64,000 bases of DNA from assembly GCA_963708295.1 (NCBI GenBank), contig CAVPSJ010000001.1, positions 1 through 64,000 of the forward strand, in the 5' to 3' direction. This document shows positions 19,274 to 30,973 of the stretch, piece by piece; position 1 is the stretch's first letter; each line of letters starts with the position of its first letter. Source of the stretch: an uncultured delta proteobacterium (lineage in GTDB: Bacteria > Desulfobacterota > BSN033 > UBA1163). A program made the position numbers and the translations under genes. The notes under the pieces are model-generated. The model was not told the origin of the DNA. It did not search any database and saw nothing but the letters and a program-made list of their open reading frames with translations.

Positions 19274-21914
19274 TCAGGGCCTCTTTGTATCCGCCCCATT
19301 TAGAAAGCACACGGCCTGGCGGTGTTGAGGATCGGCCACCACCGTAGCAAAGCCCCCGTCCGTGGTATTGGGAACGTCGATCAAGCGAAGAACCGGTTCG
19401 TATTCGCGGGCGTGAGGGAATAGCTCCAGGAGGATATTCGGCGCTCTTTCAAAGAATTCCGTCTGAAATTCCGTAGCGGCATCGTCCGGGAACACCGGCA
19501 GATAAATAATCTGGGCTTCCACCAAATCCTGGAAAAAGTGCGTTCCATAAGAGACTTCGGGCACATGGCCGGCTTCTTCCAGGGCCACTTCCACCAAGAC
19601 CGCTGCATTATCGATATCGGCGTAAGTCACATTGACTCCTAAATCAATGTTTCCGCTCCCCCATCGTCCTGGTCCCATCATCAAAATCTTAGCATCTTTG
19701 ATTGCCGGGTGGCGATTGATTTGTCCCACCAAACGTCCCAGGGATTTTTTCGCCTCTCGGGCCAGGCGATTGTATCCTTGGGGGTCGATGTAGAGTATGT
19801 AACGGATTTGCTCGACCGAGCCGCCACAGATCATGCGATGGGAGCGAAATAGAATCTGCTGGCGTTCCAGCGAGGTGGGCACCGACACAGCCACCATTGA
19901 ACCGGGGGTAAACAGCGGCCGGCATTGAAGCAAATTGATGCGGACATGTTTGCCGCCGTCGACAGAGGCTGTAAACTCCACGTCCACCGGCTGTCCATAG
20001 GCCTCTTCCAGTCTGGCCAACAGATTCCCCATGACCGGAACAAAATCTGTTCGTAGAATCAGGTTGTTAAAAGTGAGCACCCATTGATCCGCGCTTCCGC
20101 CCACCTTCCCGGAGACGGGGTCGTAAGGGTAATTGTCGCGCATGACCGAAACGAACATGGAAAGATGAGGATACTCATCTTTCGCCAATATGTCGGTCAA
20201 GAAGTGGGTCTCGAACTGGTTTGTCTCCAGGTTGAGCACATCCACCTGATGCTGAGAATACTTGGATACTTTCACCCCTACTTCCGGGCGCAGCTGGGGA
20301 TGGCTAATGGCGATCATGCGAGGGTAATCCGCACCGACCCGGTCCACCGCCCTTGTGCCCAGCCCAAAAACGAGGCGGGTGACGCCTTGCCGGGAATCGA
20401 TGCGGTCATTCCAGGCATAGAGGTTGCGCGAGAAGGCGACTCCGGCCAGCGTCGGGAAAGAAATACTGCCGGTACGGCATGCCCGAAACGCGCTGCACCA
20501 AAATCGCCATTTGTTCGTCGTTTGCGCCCAGACCACGCTTACTGCGATAACACAGGGCATCGGGGTTGAGAGCACTGGCGTACACCAACTTCACCGCACG
20601 CATGAAGTCATCCAGGCGGGCCTCGGGATTTCCCTGGTTCGTACAAAATATACTGCGATATTTTCCGGCAAAGGAATTGCCAAAACTGTCTTCCAGCAAA
20701 CTACTGGAGCGTACGATGATGGGTGCTTGTCCGTAGTAGTCCAGCATGGCACGAAACTGTTCTCGGATGGTTGACGAGAAACGACCCGCCAAAAAACGCT
20801 CCTCAATCTCTTGAAATTCATCGGGAGAAGTGGCGGAATCACAGGTCAGTCGCAATCGGAGCCTAAAAAGGTCGTTGTTGACCAGAAAGGTGAAAAAGAC
20901 ATCCGAGCCGATGTAAAAAGAGTCGTGGTCGTCGAGCCGCTCTTTGAAGTCAATCCCCGTCTCTTCCTTTTTCGCCAGCAGGATACGCTGCGCGAGCAAC
21001 ATGCCGGCGGCTTTTCCCCCGATGCGTCCGGCCCCGATCAAGCGCTTTCGAATCGCAAACAGATCTTCCAGGGTAAAATACCGATCCGCGAGCCGGTTAA
21101 AGACGGGATGATGTCCGATGAGCATTCGACCCAATTCCTGTTTCAAAGCCAACTGTTCGGGATCCCCTTCGTCAAAGCCGGATTGGGTTTTGCTGTAGTC
21201 GGAAAGCTTTTGGTAGACGCTTTCCCAGGGAGCCAGGGGTTGCGTCGTTTCGAGCAAGGGGGATTGCCGGGCTGAGGCCAATACTTCTGCGGCTTCGCGA
21301 CTTTGCGAAAGCGGGTGCCAGTTTTCTCCGGCGACGAGATGGGGCAAGAACATCTGTGGCGAATAACGATCCCACACCTTGATGGGGTGGATATGCATTT
21401 GGTCTTTGGCGTGATACACGTCCACAAGGATTTGCGTCGTATCCCGAATGCGGGCCACGGCGTAGTGGGCATGCTGGCCGCGCGTCAAGGCAAAATAGGC
21501 GACCGTATTCAACTCAAATAGAAAAGGGCAGGTGATCTGGAAGAAGTTGGCGAGCGATTCGTCGGTCGCCCACTCCACCACCAACGCTGACAGGTTGTCA
21601 AAGACGTACATGACCTCGGGGCCGTGCGCTTCAATAAGGAGGTGGACTTCGCGCGTAAAATAATCAAAGCCCAGGCTGGGGTCCAGCTCAATCATTTCCA
21701 ACCCCGGGTGAGAAGCCAACACGGGTGGGTGGGATGCAAAACGCAAATAGACCAGCCGCCGCCGGGCGGCAAGAGCAGCCTCGGCAAACGGCACAGCAAA
21801 GTGACGGTAATCCTCGAGGCGATCAACCTGCCAGACGACATTGTCGCCTAAACGGATTCCTTGTAAAACTTCGTCCAGGGCTTTAATCCCACTGGGAATC
21901 TCAGAAGTTTTCAT
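19274..21914 (-). CDS. PEP synthase/PPDK ATP-grasp-domain protein with degenerate KaiC/RecA-like N-terminus; one frameshift near 20455
   Basis: SGIKALDEVLQG; IGGKAAG, RSSSLLED..AGKY, MAILVQ, DVEF, LLQCRP; C-terminal GPGRWGS..SYGTHFF; the two ORFs join at YFFP/LAGVAFS. Confidence 0.85.
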
Positions 21915-22060
21915 TTCTTGCGTAAAGAGCCTCCGTTTCTGTATAAAGCTCCGTCTTTTGATCCCCTAAGCTCTTTAAGAGCCTGTGTGGATGCCCAAGC
22001 AGAAGGTTACAGAATTATTACACAAGTGGTTAGTTTTTTACAATGGAATTTTAGGTAGAG

Positions 22061-22212
22061 TTGACCCGAATAGGGGATTATGCTACATGTGAAGTATCTT
22101 CCCCTCGCTGCCTTGAAGGAAGGGACACTCTAGGGCTGGCCTGGGCTCGAGACCAAAATGAATGGAAGCGGTACCGGGCCCGGGTGACCGACCACGAGTC
22201 AGATCAATACTT
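22061..22212 (+). promoter_or_regulatory. Promoter and structured 5' leader of the LUD-purH-purD cluster
   Basis: TTGACC-17-TACATG with TGn; long hairpin CCTGGGCTCG/CGGGCCCGGG; RNA class not identified. Confidence 0.4.
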
Positions 22213-22243
22213 TTTAATTCTGCGAAACAAGAAGGAAGGAGAA

Positions 22244-22885
22244 ATGGATCCGATCAAACAATGGTGGGTTGAAGAAAGGGCGAAGAAGGCCGTTGAAAAA
22301 CTGGTGGCCCATGAATTCAAAGCCATCTATGCGAAGACGAAAGAAGCGGCAGCTCAAGAACTCTGGAAACACATTACCCCGGGGCAGAAGGTAGGGGTGG
22401 GTGGGTCCCTGACGATAAGAGGGCTGGGGATTTTGGAAAAATTGGAGGCGCAGGGTTATATCCTCTACGATCATTGGAAGCCCGGACTCTCAGCAGAGAA
22501 TATCCTTGAGATACGGAAGTCACAAATGAGCACGGATCTCTTCTTAACCAGTGCCAATGCCATCACCCTGACTGGAGAGCTGGTCAATATCGATGGGATC
22601 GGAAACCGTGTGAATTCGATCAATTTTGGTCCTGGAAAGGTCATCCTCGTTGCCGGTTATAATAAGATCGTTGAAGATGTTCAAGAAGGGATTAAAAGGA
22701 TAAAGAATGTGGCAGCCCCCTTGAACGCCAGACGACTCCATATCGATGTCCCCTGTGCGAAGGTGGGGAAGTGCGTGGATTGTAATTCGCCCAACCGGAT
22801 CTGCAGGGTGATCGTCATCCATGAGCGAAAACCTTCTTTGACGGATATCTTCATTATCCTGGTCGGAGAAGAATTGGGTTTTTGA
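22244..22885 (+). CDS. LUD-domain (lactate utilization LutC/YkgG-like) protein
   Basis: GVGGSLT, FLTSANAIT..GELVNIDGIGNRV, PCAKVGKCVDCNSPNRIC; RBS AAGGAG before ATG 22244. Confidence 0.9.
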   Translation: MDPIKQWWVEERAKKAVEKLVAHEFKAIYAKTKEAAAQELWKHITPGQKVGVGGSLTIRGLGILEKLEAQGYILYDHWKPGLSAENILEIRKSQMSTDLFLTSANAITLTGELVNIDGIGNRVNSINFGPGKVILVAGYNKIVEDVQEGIKRIKNVAAPLNARRLHIDVPCAKVGKCVDCNSPNRICRVIVIHERKPSLTDIFIILVGEELGF

Positions 22886-23058
22886 AATACGAAGCACGAA
22901 ATCCGGGCGAAGCATCCCGAGGGGATCAATACGAAAGAATTTCGAAATATTAAATCCTGAGGTTCAATATTTATCCTTAAGTTTTGTTTAATTTGACATT
23001 CGGATTTGTTTCGGATTGGTCCGAGGCGGACGCTTCGCCCGATATTCGAATTTAGTAT
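22885..23058. repeat. Heptamer-repeat inverted element (AAATCCG/AAGCACG type) with two 22-nt inserts
   Basis: AAATACGAAGCACGAAATCCG left arm; TTCGGATTTGTTTCGGATT...GATATTCGAATTT right arm. Confidence 0.8.
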
Positions 23059-23073
23059 TTTGGGGGTGTCGCG

Positions 23074-24636
23074 ATGGGTAAAATCAGGAGGGCAATTGTG
23101 AGCGTTTCGGACAAGGCCGGAGTTGTTTCGTTTGCGAAGGGTTTAGCCCAAATGGGGGTTGAGATCCTCTCCACCGGAGGGACGGCAAAGACATTGAGGG
23201 AGCAAGGTGTCTCGGTCATCGATATCTCGGACTATACTGGATTTCCGGAGATGCTGGATGGACGGGTAAAGACCCTCCATCCAAAGGTCCACGGGGGACT
23301 CCTGGGAATGCGATCTAATAAGGAACACGTCAAGAAGATGGAAGAGCACGGAATCCTTCCCATCGATCTTGTGGCCGTCAACCTCTACCCTTTCGAGGCA
23401 ACCATAGCGAAGAAGGAGTGTCCCCTTGAGGAAGCAATTGAGAATATCGACATCGGTGGGCCTACCATGCTCCGTTCGTCGGCCAAGAATTACCCCGACG
23501 TCACCGTGGTGGTGGACCCGGGCGATTACGAACCCGTCCTCTCTGAGTTGAAAGAGAGGGGGGAAATTTCCATCGAGACCAACTTTCGTTTGGCCAAGAA
23601 GGTTTTCCAGCATACGGCACGTTACGACGGGGCTATTTCAAATTACCTGGGACAGATCGAGAGGGGCAAGAAGGCCTTTGAATTCCCGGAGACCTTTACT
23701 TTCCAGGTGAAGAAAGCCCAGGAATTACGTTATGGAGAGAACCCCCACCAGAAGGCGGCCTTTTACCGGGAGCTTTTATTAACCGAGCCTTCTGTTTCGA
23801 ATGCCGTTCAGCTCCAGGGGAAGGAATTGTCTTACAACAATATCCTCGATATTGACTCCGCCTACGAGACAGTCAAGGAGTTTGAAGAGACGGCTACGGT
23901 CATCATCAAACATAACAATCCCTGCGGTGCGGCGATTTCTATCCAGAGTCTGGCGGATGCTTACAGAAAGGCGAGGGATTGCGATCCGGTCTCTGCGTTC
24001 GGCGGGGTTGTGGGCTTCAACCGTGCTGTCGATAAAGAGACGGCCAAGGAGATGGCTGAAATATTTCTCGAAGTCATCATTGCCCCGGGGTTTGATCCGG
24101 AGGCATTAGAGATTCTTAAGGCGAAAAAGGATCTGCGGATCCTCAAAACCCCGCCTCTTAAGGGGTCCTCCCTGCAAGGGGGATTCGACCTGAGAAAGGT
24201 CGTGGGCGGTCTGTTGGTCCAGGATCGAGATCTTGGCAAGGTGCCGATGGAACAGTGGAAGGTGGTCACCAAAAGGAAGCCGACGGAGGCGGAGAAAAGG
24301 GCCATGGCCTTTGGCTGGAAGGTGGCCAAACATGTCAAATCAAATGCCATTGTCCTCGTCCGGGAAGATCGGACCATCGGGGTGGGCGCCGGTCAGATGA
24401 GCCGGGTTGATTCCACCCGGTTGGCGGTGATGAAGGCGCAATCCTCAACCAAGGGAACGGTGTTGGCTTCGGATGCCATGTTTCCATTCAGAGACGGGGT
24501 GGATACAGGGGCGGAAGCAGGTGCTTCGGCCATCATTCAACCCGGAGGCTCGATTCGAGATCAAGAGGTGATTGCCGCGGCAGACGAGTATAACATCGCC
24601 ATGGTCTTTACAGGGATGAGGCACTTCCGACACTAA
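23074..24636 (+). CDS. purH: Bifunctional AICAR transformylase/IMP cyclohydrolase
   Basis: [47 protein letters not shown]. Confidence 0.97.
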   Translation: MGKIRRAIVSVSDKAGVVSFAKGLAQMGVEILSTGGTAKTLREQGVSVIDISDYTGFPEMLDGRVKTLHPKVHGGLLGMRSNKEHVKKMEEHGILPIDLVAVNLYPFEATIAKKECPLEEAIENIDIGGPTMLRSSAKNYPDVTVVVDPGDYEPVLSELKERGEISIETNFRLAKKVFQHTARYDGAISNYLGQIERGKKAFEFPETFTFQVKKAQELRYGENPHQKAAFYRELLLTEPSVSNAVQLQGKELSYNNILDIDSAYETVKEFEETATVIIKHNNPCGAAISIQSLADAYRKARDCDPVSAFGGVVGFNRAVDKETAKEMAEIFLEVIIAPGFDPEALEILKAKKDLRILKTPPLKGSSLQGGFDLRKVVGGLLVQDRDLGKVPMEQWKVVTKRKPTEAEKRAMAFGWKVAKHVKSNAIVLVREDRTIGVGAGQMSRVDSTRLAVMKAQSSTKGTVLASDAMFPFRDGVDTGAEAGASAIIQPGGSIRDQEVIAAADEYNIAMVFTGMRHFRH

Positions 24637-24643
24637 AAGGATT

Positions 24644-24782
24644 AAATCCGAAGCACGAAATCCGAAGTACGAAACATCGATGTTCCGACAAGAGATGTTT
24701 AGAATTTTGGTAATTTGGATTTTTAATTTGTTTCGGATTGGTCCGAGACGGACGCTTCGCCCGATATTCGAATTTCGGATTT
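24644..24782. repeat. Heptamer-repeat inverted element with 22-nt insert
   Basis: AAATCCGAAGCACGAAATCCGAAGTACG...TTTGTTTCGGATT[insert]CGATATTCGAATTTCGGATTT. Confidence 0.8.
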
Positions 24783-24839
24783 CTTGCTCAGGCTCACATA
24801 AGATCCATTGGTCTGACGTACACGGTTAGGAGTTGAACC

Positions 24840-26119
<1,280 letters not shown>

Positions 26120-26216
26120 AAAGGCAGGGGCATGTGGGATAGCGCCGAATGATGAAAAAATCCTCAACCAATAAAAGGCTTGGACGAAATAGCAGAAGAA
26201 GAGGAGGAATAGAGGA

Positions 26217-27275
26217 ATGCACAAGATCGCAGTAATTCCAGGAGACGGGACAGGGCCCGAAGTAGTAGCCGAAGGGTTGAAGGTTTTGAAAGCCGTCTCT
26301 GAAAAATTTAAGTTCAAATATCAACTGGAACATTACGACCTGGGCGGGGACCGCTATTTGAAGACAAAGGAGACACTGCCGATTTCCGTCTTCAATGAAT
26401 TGAAAAAGATGGACGCTATTTATCTGGGTGCCATTGGCCATCCGGACGTCAAGCCGGGAATTCTGGAGCAAGAGATTCTGCTGAAGATTCGATTTCAGCT
26501 GGATCAGTATATCAACCTGAGGCCGGTCAAACTCTACCCTGGCGTGGAAACGCCCCTCAAGGATAAGGGGCCCGAGGATATCGACTATATTGTCGTGAGA
26601 GAGAATACCGAGGGGGCCTATCTCGGGGCCGGAGGATGTCTCAAAAAGGGAACACCTGACGAGGTTGCCATCCAGGAGGCGATTCATACCCGGAAGGGTG
26701 TGGAACGCTGCATCCGCTACGCCTTCGAATATTGCCGCAAGAGGAATAAGAAGAAAAAGCTCACGCTCTGCGGCAAAACCAATGTGCTGACCTATGCCTT
26801 TGATCTCTGGGAACGGGTTTTTTACGAAGTGGCGAGGGAGTATAAAGGGATTGCTACGGATTATGCCCATGTGGATGCGACCTGCATGTGGATGGTGAAG
26901 AATCCGGAGTGGTTCGATGTGATCGTGACGGACAATATGTTTGGAGATATCATCACCGATCTGGCGGCCATGACTCAGGGAGGATTGGGGATTGCCGCAG
27001 GAGGGAATATCAACCCGGAAGGAGTCTCGATGTTTGAGCCCATGGGAGGGTCCGCACCGAAATACACGGGGAAGGGGGTCGTCAGCCCTCTGGCAGCGAT
27101 TTCTGCGTGCCAGTTGATGCTTGAAATCTTGGGGGAGGAAAAGGCTGCCGGGGAGGTGGAGAAAGCGATCATGAAGGTCGTCAAGCAGGATGTAAAAAGC
27201 CTGACCGCCGGGAAGATGGGGTATTCCACCTCCCAGGTCGGCGACCTTGTGGTGAAGTATATCCTCGGGAAATAA
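26217..27275 (+). CDS. leuB: 3-isopropylmalate dehydrogenase family enzyme
   Basis: IPGDGTGPEV, VRENTEG, KTNVL, NMFGDIITD, FEPMGGSAP. Confidence 0.85.
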   Translation: MHKIAVIPGDGTGPEVVAEGLKVLKAVSEKFKFKYQLEHYDLGGDRYLKTKETLPISVFNELKKMDAIYLGAIGHPDVKPGILEQEILLKIRFQLDQYINLRPVKLYPGVETPLKDKGPEDIDYIVVRENTEGAYLGAGGCLKKGTPDEVAIQEAIHTRKGVERCIRYAFEYCRKRNKKKKLTLCGKTNVLTYAFDLWERVFYEVAREYKGIATDYAHVDATCMWMVKNPEWFDVIVTDNMFGDIITDLAAMTQGGLGIAAGGNINPEGVSMFEPMGGSAPKYTGKGVVSPLAAISACQLMLEILGEEKAAGEVEKAIMKVVKQDVKSLTAGKMGYSTSQVGDLVVKYILGK

Positions 27276-27328
27276 ATTTCAAATTGCAGATTTTTTCAAT
27301 TTTAGATTTGAAATCTGAAATCTGAAAT
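27274..27328. repeat. Short heptamer repeat element (TGAAATC)n
   Basis: ATTTCAAATTGCAGATT...TTTGAAATCTGAAATCTGAAAT. Confidence 0.6.
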
Positions 27329-27339
27329 GGAGGTTAAAG

Positions 27340-28138
27340 ATGGAATGGGGAATGAAAAATCGTTTGGCACAGTTGATTAAATCGGATGGACACTGTCTGT
27401 TTTTGCCGATCGATCATGGTTATTTTCAGGGGCCCACCCGCAAGCTGGAAAAACCCGGGGAAACCATTCGGCCCCTGCTTCCTTACTGCGATGCTCTTTT
27501 CGTGACCCGCGGCGTGGTGCGCTCGTCTATCGATCCGGAAAACACGAAGCCGATCATCCTTCGGGTATCCGGAGGAACGAGCGTCATCGGCAAAGACCTT
27601 TCCAACGAAGGCATTACCACCTCCATGGAGGAGGCGATCCGTCTCAATGTGTCCGCAGTGGGAATTTCTGTCTTTGTTGGAAGCGATTATGAAAAGGAAT
27701 CGCTGTTAAACCTTACGAAGCTGGTGGACGAGGGAGAGAAATACGGGATACCGGTCATGGCCGTGACCGCTGTGGGGAAGGAGCTGGAAAAAAGGGATGC
27801 CCGCTACCTTGCTCTGAGCTCTCGAATTGCTGCGGAGCTGGGCGCGCGGATTGTCAAGACTTACTGGTGCGAGAATTTTGAGAAGGTGGTCAATGGTTGC
27901 CCCGTGCCCGTGGTGATGGCGGGCGGGCCCAAAGTGAATACGGAGTTAGAGGTCTTTGAATTTGTCCATGACGGAATGGCAAAGGGTGCCATCGGAGTCA
28001 ACCTGGGAAGAAACATCTGGCAGAATGACTATCCGGTGGCCGATGATCAAGGCTTTACGTGCGATTATCCACGAAAAAGGAACAGTGAAAGAAGCGAACG
28101 AGATCTTTGAGCAAGAGAAAAACAAGATGAAAAAATAG
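27340..28138 (+). CDS. lsrF: DhnA-type class I aldolase / LsrF-family thiolase (frameshift near 3' end)
   Basis: MEWGMKNRL, DHGYFQGPT, LRVSGG, AAELGARIVKTY, AGGPK, GRNIWQ. Confidence 0.85.
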
Positions 28139-28233
28139 GGACACATCCCTTTTTGCGCTTTCAAAGGTTCCAGGATAGGGGTATTTTTCATCTCAATCGT
28201 TCAATCGAGAATGGGATATGCCCCCTTTTTTAA
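28130..28233. repeat. Intergenic inverted-repeat element
   Basis: AAAAAATAGGGACACATCCC...GGGATATGCCCCCTTTTTTAA. Confidence 0.5.
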
Positions 28234-28239
28234 AATACG

Positions 28240-29267
28240 ATGCGCGTCGCGATGTATTACAACAACAGGGATGTGAGGCTGGAAGAGATTCCGATACCTC
28301 AGATCGGCCCCGGTGAGTTATTGGTCAAGGTGGTGGCCAGCGGCATCTGCGGCAGCGATGTCATGGAATGGTATCGGATTAAAAAGGCTCCCCGGGTGCT
28401 CGGTCATGAGATCACAGGGGAGATCGTTGAGGTCGGCAAAGGGGTGGATCGCTACAAAAAGGGCGATCGCGTCTTTGTTTCTCATCATGTTCCCTGTAAC
28501 ACCTGTCCATACTGTCTGAACGGTGATCACACTCTTTGCGATACGTTACGGACGACCAATTTCGATCCGGGAGGTTTCTGCCGAATATCTCCGTGTTCCC
28601 AGGATCAACGTGGATCGGGGTGTTTTTGTGTTGCCCGGGGAGATCTCTTTTGAAGACCGGCGTCTTTATCGAGCCGTTGGCCTGTGTCCTTCGCGGGCAG
28701 CGATTGGCAAGACTGGAACCCGGGAAGACCGTTTTTGTTATCGGAAGCGGAATCTCAGGAGTTCTTCATATTGCTCTGGCCCGCGCGTCAGGGGCAGGAC
28801 GGATCATTGCCTCGGATATCAGCGAATACCGTCTCAGGACGGCGAAACAATCCGGTGCGGACGAAGCGCTCTTTGCCAAGGACGTCCGCACTTCAAAGAT
28901 TCGAGAAATCAATCAGGGGCGATTGGCTGATCTGGTCATCGTTTGTGCTGGAAGCCCTTCAGCGTACAAACAAGCGCTTGAGACCGTCGACAGGGGAGGA
29001 ACGATTTTATGTTTTGCTCCTTTGGAGCCGGGTGTTGATCTTGTTCTTCCTTTCTTTGAGTTTTGGAATGATGGAATGACCCTTTTATCCACTTACGGGG
29101 GGAGTCCTTTTGACATTTCAACAGCCGTCGAGCTGATAAGAGCCCAGCGTCTTCCTCTTCAGAAAATGATCACCCACCGGCTTCCGCTGGCAGAGACAGG
29201 GGTTGGATTTCAAATGGTGACGGATGCCAAGGACTCTATCAAAGTGATCATTGAACCTCACCGGTGA
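28240..29267 (+). CDS. Zinc-dependent dehydrogenase (sorbitol/threonine dehydrogenase-like), frameshifted
   Basis: GICGSD, GHE, CNTCPYC..C, IEPLAC, GSGISG across two to three frames. Confidence 0.85.
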
Positions 29268-29338
29268 AACAAGAGAAAAGGCAGGGCCATCTCTGACCCT
29301 ACCTTCGCCCGTTAAAAGCTGAATCTGGAATTGCTTTT

Positions 29339-29518
29339 TTATCTCCTCTTTCTTTTGCTTGCCCTCTCGAAAAATAGTTCCAGGTCCTTCTGCCCGAACC
29401 ACATCCGATACGGTGTCTGTTTAGACTCCAATACGAAAGTTCCCTGATCAATGATCTTCAGCTCATATAACTTTCCGGTGAGTTTATGCTTCAATCTGTC
29501 CCCTTCCACAATCCTCAT
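29339..29518 (-). CDS. Small hypothetical protein, 59 aa (paralogue B; not in ORF track)
   Basis: MRIVEGDRLKHKLTGKLYELKIIDQGTFVLESKQTPYRMWFGQKDLELFFERASKRKRR*; similar to the upstream ORF. Confidence 0.75.
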   Translation of the reverse strand: MRIVEGDRLKHKLTGKLYELKIIDQGTFVLESKQTPYRMWFGQKDLELFFERASKRKRR

Positions 29519-29543
29519 GGCGCGTCATAACCCCTTAACTTTT

Positions 29544-29699
29544 TCAAAAAAAGATCCGAGATGCCGACTTTGGAAACCATATGCGTACGAGCCCCTCTTC
29601 ATCCTCCAGCATGACCACTTTTTCGTTTTCAATCTTTGAGATCTTAAACAGGTCCTGGGTTAATTTATTTCTTATCCTCTCTCCCTCGACGATGGTCAT
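29544..29699 (-). CDS. Small hypothetical protein, 51 aa as read (paralogue A; probable indel near 3' end, true stop ~29525)
   Basis: MTIVEGERIRNKLTQDLFKISKIENEKVVMLEDEEGLVRIWFPKS..; RBS AAGGGGG; alternate frame gives HLGSFFEKVKGL*, aligning with paralogue B. Confidence 0.7.
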   Translation of the reverse strand: MTIVEGERIRNKLTQDLFKISKIENEKVVMLEDEEGLVRIWFPKSASRIFF

Positions 29700-29868
29700 T
29701 CGGCGTTACCCCCTTTTCCAGCCCCGGTGATTCTTGCTGAGGTGTCGGTCCATATGATTCGATACATCGAATGATTGCATAAATCTCACGTTGACAGGAT
29801 TTCTTTGTCTCCGGCTGGGGTTCCACGACAGCCCCTGGCCTGGCTTTGTTTGGCGGTAAGAAACAAAA

Positions 29869-29883
29869 GCAATATCAGTGCCA
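29869..29883 (-). promoter_or_regulatory. Sigma-54 promoter (-24/-12)
   Basis: Minus strand TGGCAC-TGATA-TTGC, a consensus match. Confidence 0.8.
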
Positions 29884-30245
29884 ACGAAGCTATTCTCATA
29901 ATCGTTTGATACTACAGATTTTTTCAAAAGCGTGGTTTCTCAAACGAGATAAGAAATATGACTTTTTGCCGGAAATGGACCATATCTGTCATCTCTGGCA
30001 CAAGCCGGCCCTATCCATTCACGAAAACCATCATGAACTGTTGCAAAGCGGTTAGCAACCCCTCCCTGCCATTATGCAACTGAGAAATTAAGTCAATAAT
30101 CGAGGCTGATTTGCGACCTGCCTTAACCAACCTGGCATGTCCACACGCGGAAAGACAATTTTTGGCCTATTAAATCACTCTTCCGGTCAAGCAGTAACTT
30201 TTAGAATATGAAACGTTTCAACCGGTTACATGCTTTTGAGAAGAC

Positions 30246-30260
30246 TGGCACCATCCTTGC
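30246..30260 (+). promoter_or_regulatory. Sigma-54 promoter (-24/-12)
   Basis: TGGCAC-CATCC-TTGC, a consensus match 84 nt before ATG 30344. Confidence 0.8.
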
Positions 30261-30343
30261 TGTAAACAATAACGAAGAGGAGGAATCAGCGGTTTCGTCC
30301 GAACAATGACCCAATTCGTCATCCTTAGAAAAGAATAAAACCT

Positions 30344-30928
30344 ATGCGCCGGGGACGAAAAAGATTAAAGGAGCTATGTTACCGAGATAAGAAGATCGTC
30401 AAGAGACTGAACTCCAGTTCTGAAACGATGACTCATCTGGCTAGGAAACATGGCATTTCCAAACAGCGAATCTTTCAAATTCTAATGAAAGCGAGAGAGC
30501 TCGGCTACGTCGTTCGCAGGCCGAGGTTATTAGCACGGGAGCACGGAATTCGCCAATGTGAGGTCTGTAACAAAATCTTACAGGTTGCCGACAAGGATAA
30601 TCTGATAACCAAGAAACAACTCTCCCAGTTGTTGAGCATTGACTATGAGATCTGCAACTGGCATCTCAGTCAACTCAAAGGGTCAGGTTTTGTTTCCAAG
30701 AGGTTTGCGACGCTGAGAAGTGACAGATTGGCCAGAGCTCTCCAATATTACAAGTACAATTCTCTTCCGCCGGGTGTCGTGGGAAAAAGATTTGGATATA
30801 GGAACTTTTACTCGCTTCTGAATTATCAAAGGAAGAAGGGAATCAATGTTGAAAAAGAGGTCAATCTGCCCATCACAGCCCTGTTGAATCCGGAGGATCC
30901 CATGGCCGTGTCTCCGTCTGTCCTGTGA
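30344..30928 (+). CDS. Basic hypothetical protein with HTH-like motifs and CxxC
   Basis: TMTHLARKHGISKQRIFQIL and ITKKQLSQLLSIDYEICNWHLSQLKGSGFV; CEVC. Confidence 0.7.
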   Translation: MRRGRKRLKELCYRDKKIVKRLNSSSETMTHLARKHGISKQRIFQILMKARELGYVVRRPRLLAREHGIRQCEVCNKILQVADKDNLITKKQLSQLLSIDYEICNWHLSQLKGSGFVSKRFATLRSDRLARALQYYKYNSLPPGVVGKRFGYRNFYSLLNYQRKKGINVEKEVNLPITALLNPEDPMAVSPSVL

Positions 30929-30973
30929 ACTTGTTCATTGCCCTTTGTTCTCGTCTTTTCCGCAAACCTCATG

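Noticed and set aside
22061-22243. 61-aa N-terminal extension of the LUD protein; SRP or 6S RNA identity for this region
   Set aside because: The TTG is the -35 box and a strong RBS precedes ATG 22244; the SRP GGAA-loop consensus and the 6S central bubble are not matched
29996-30012. Third TGGCAC in the divergent promoter region
   Set aside because: No TTGC at the -12 position
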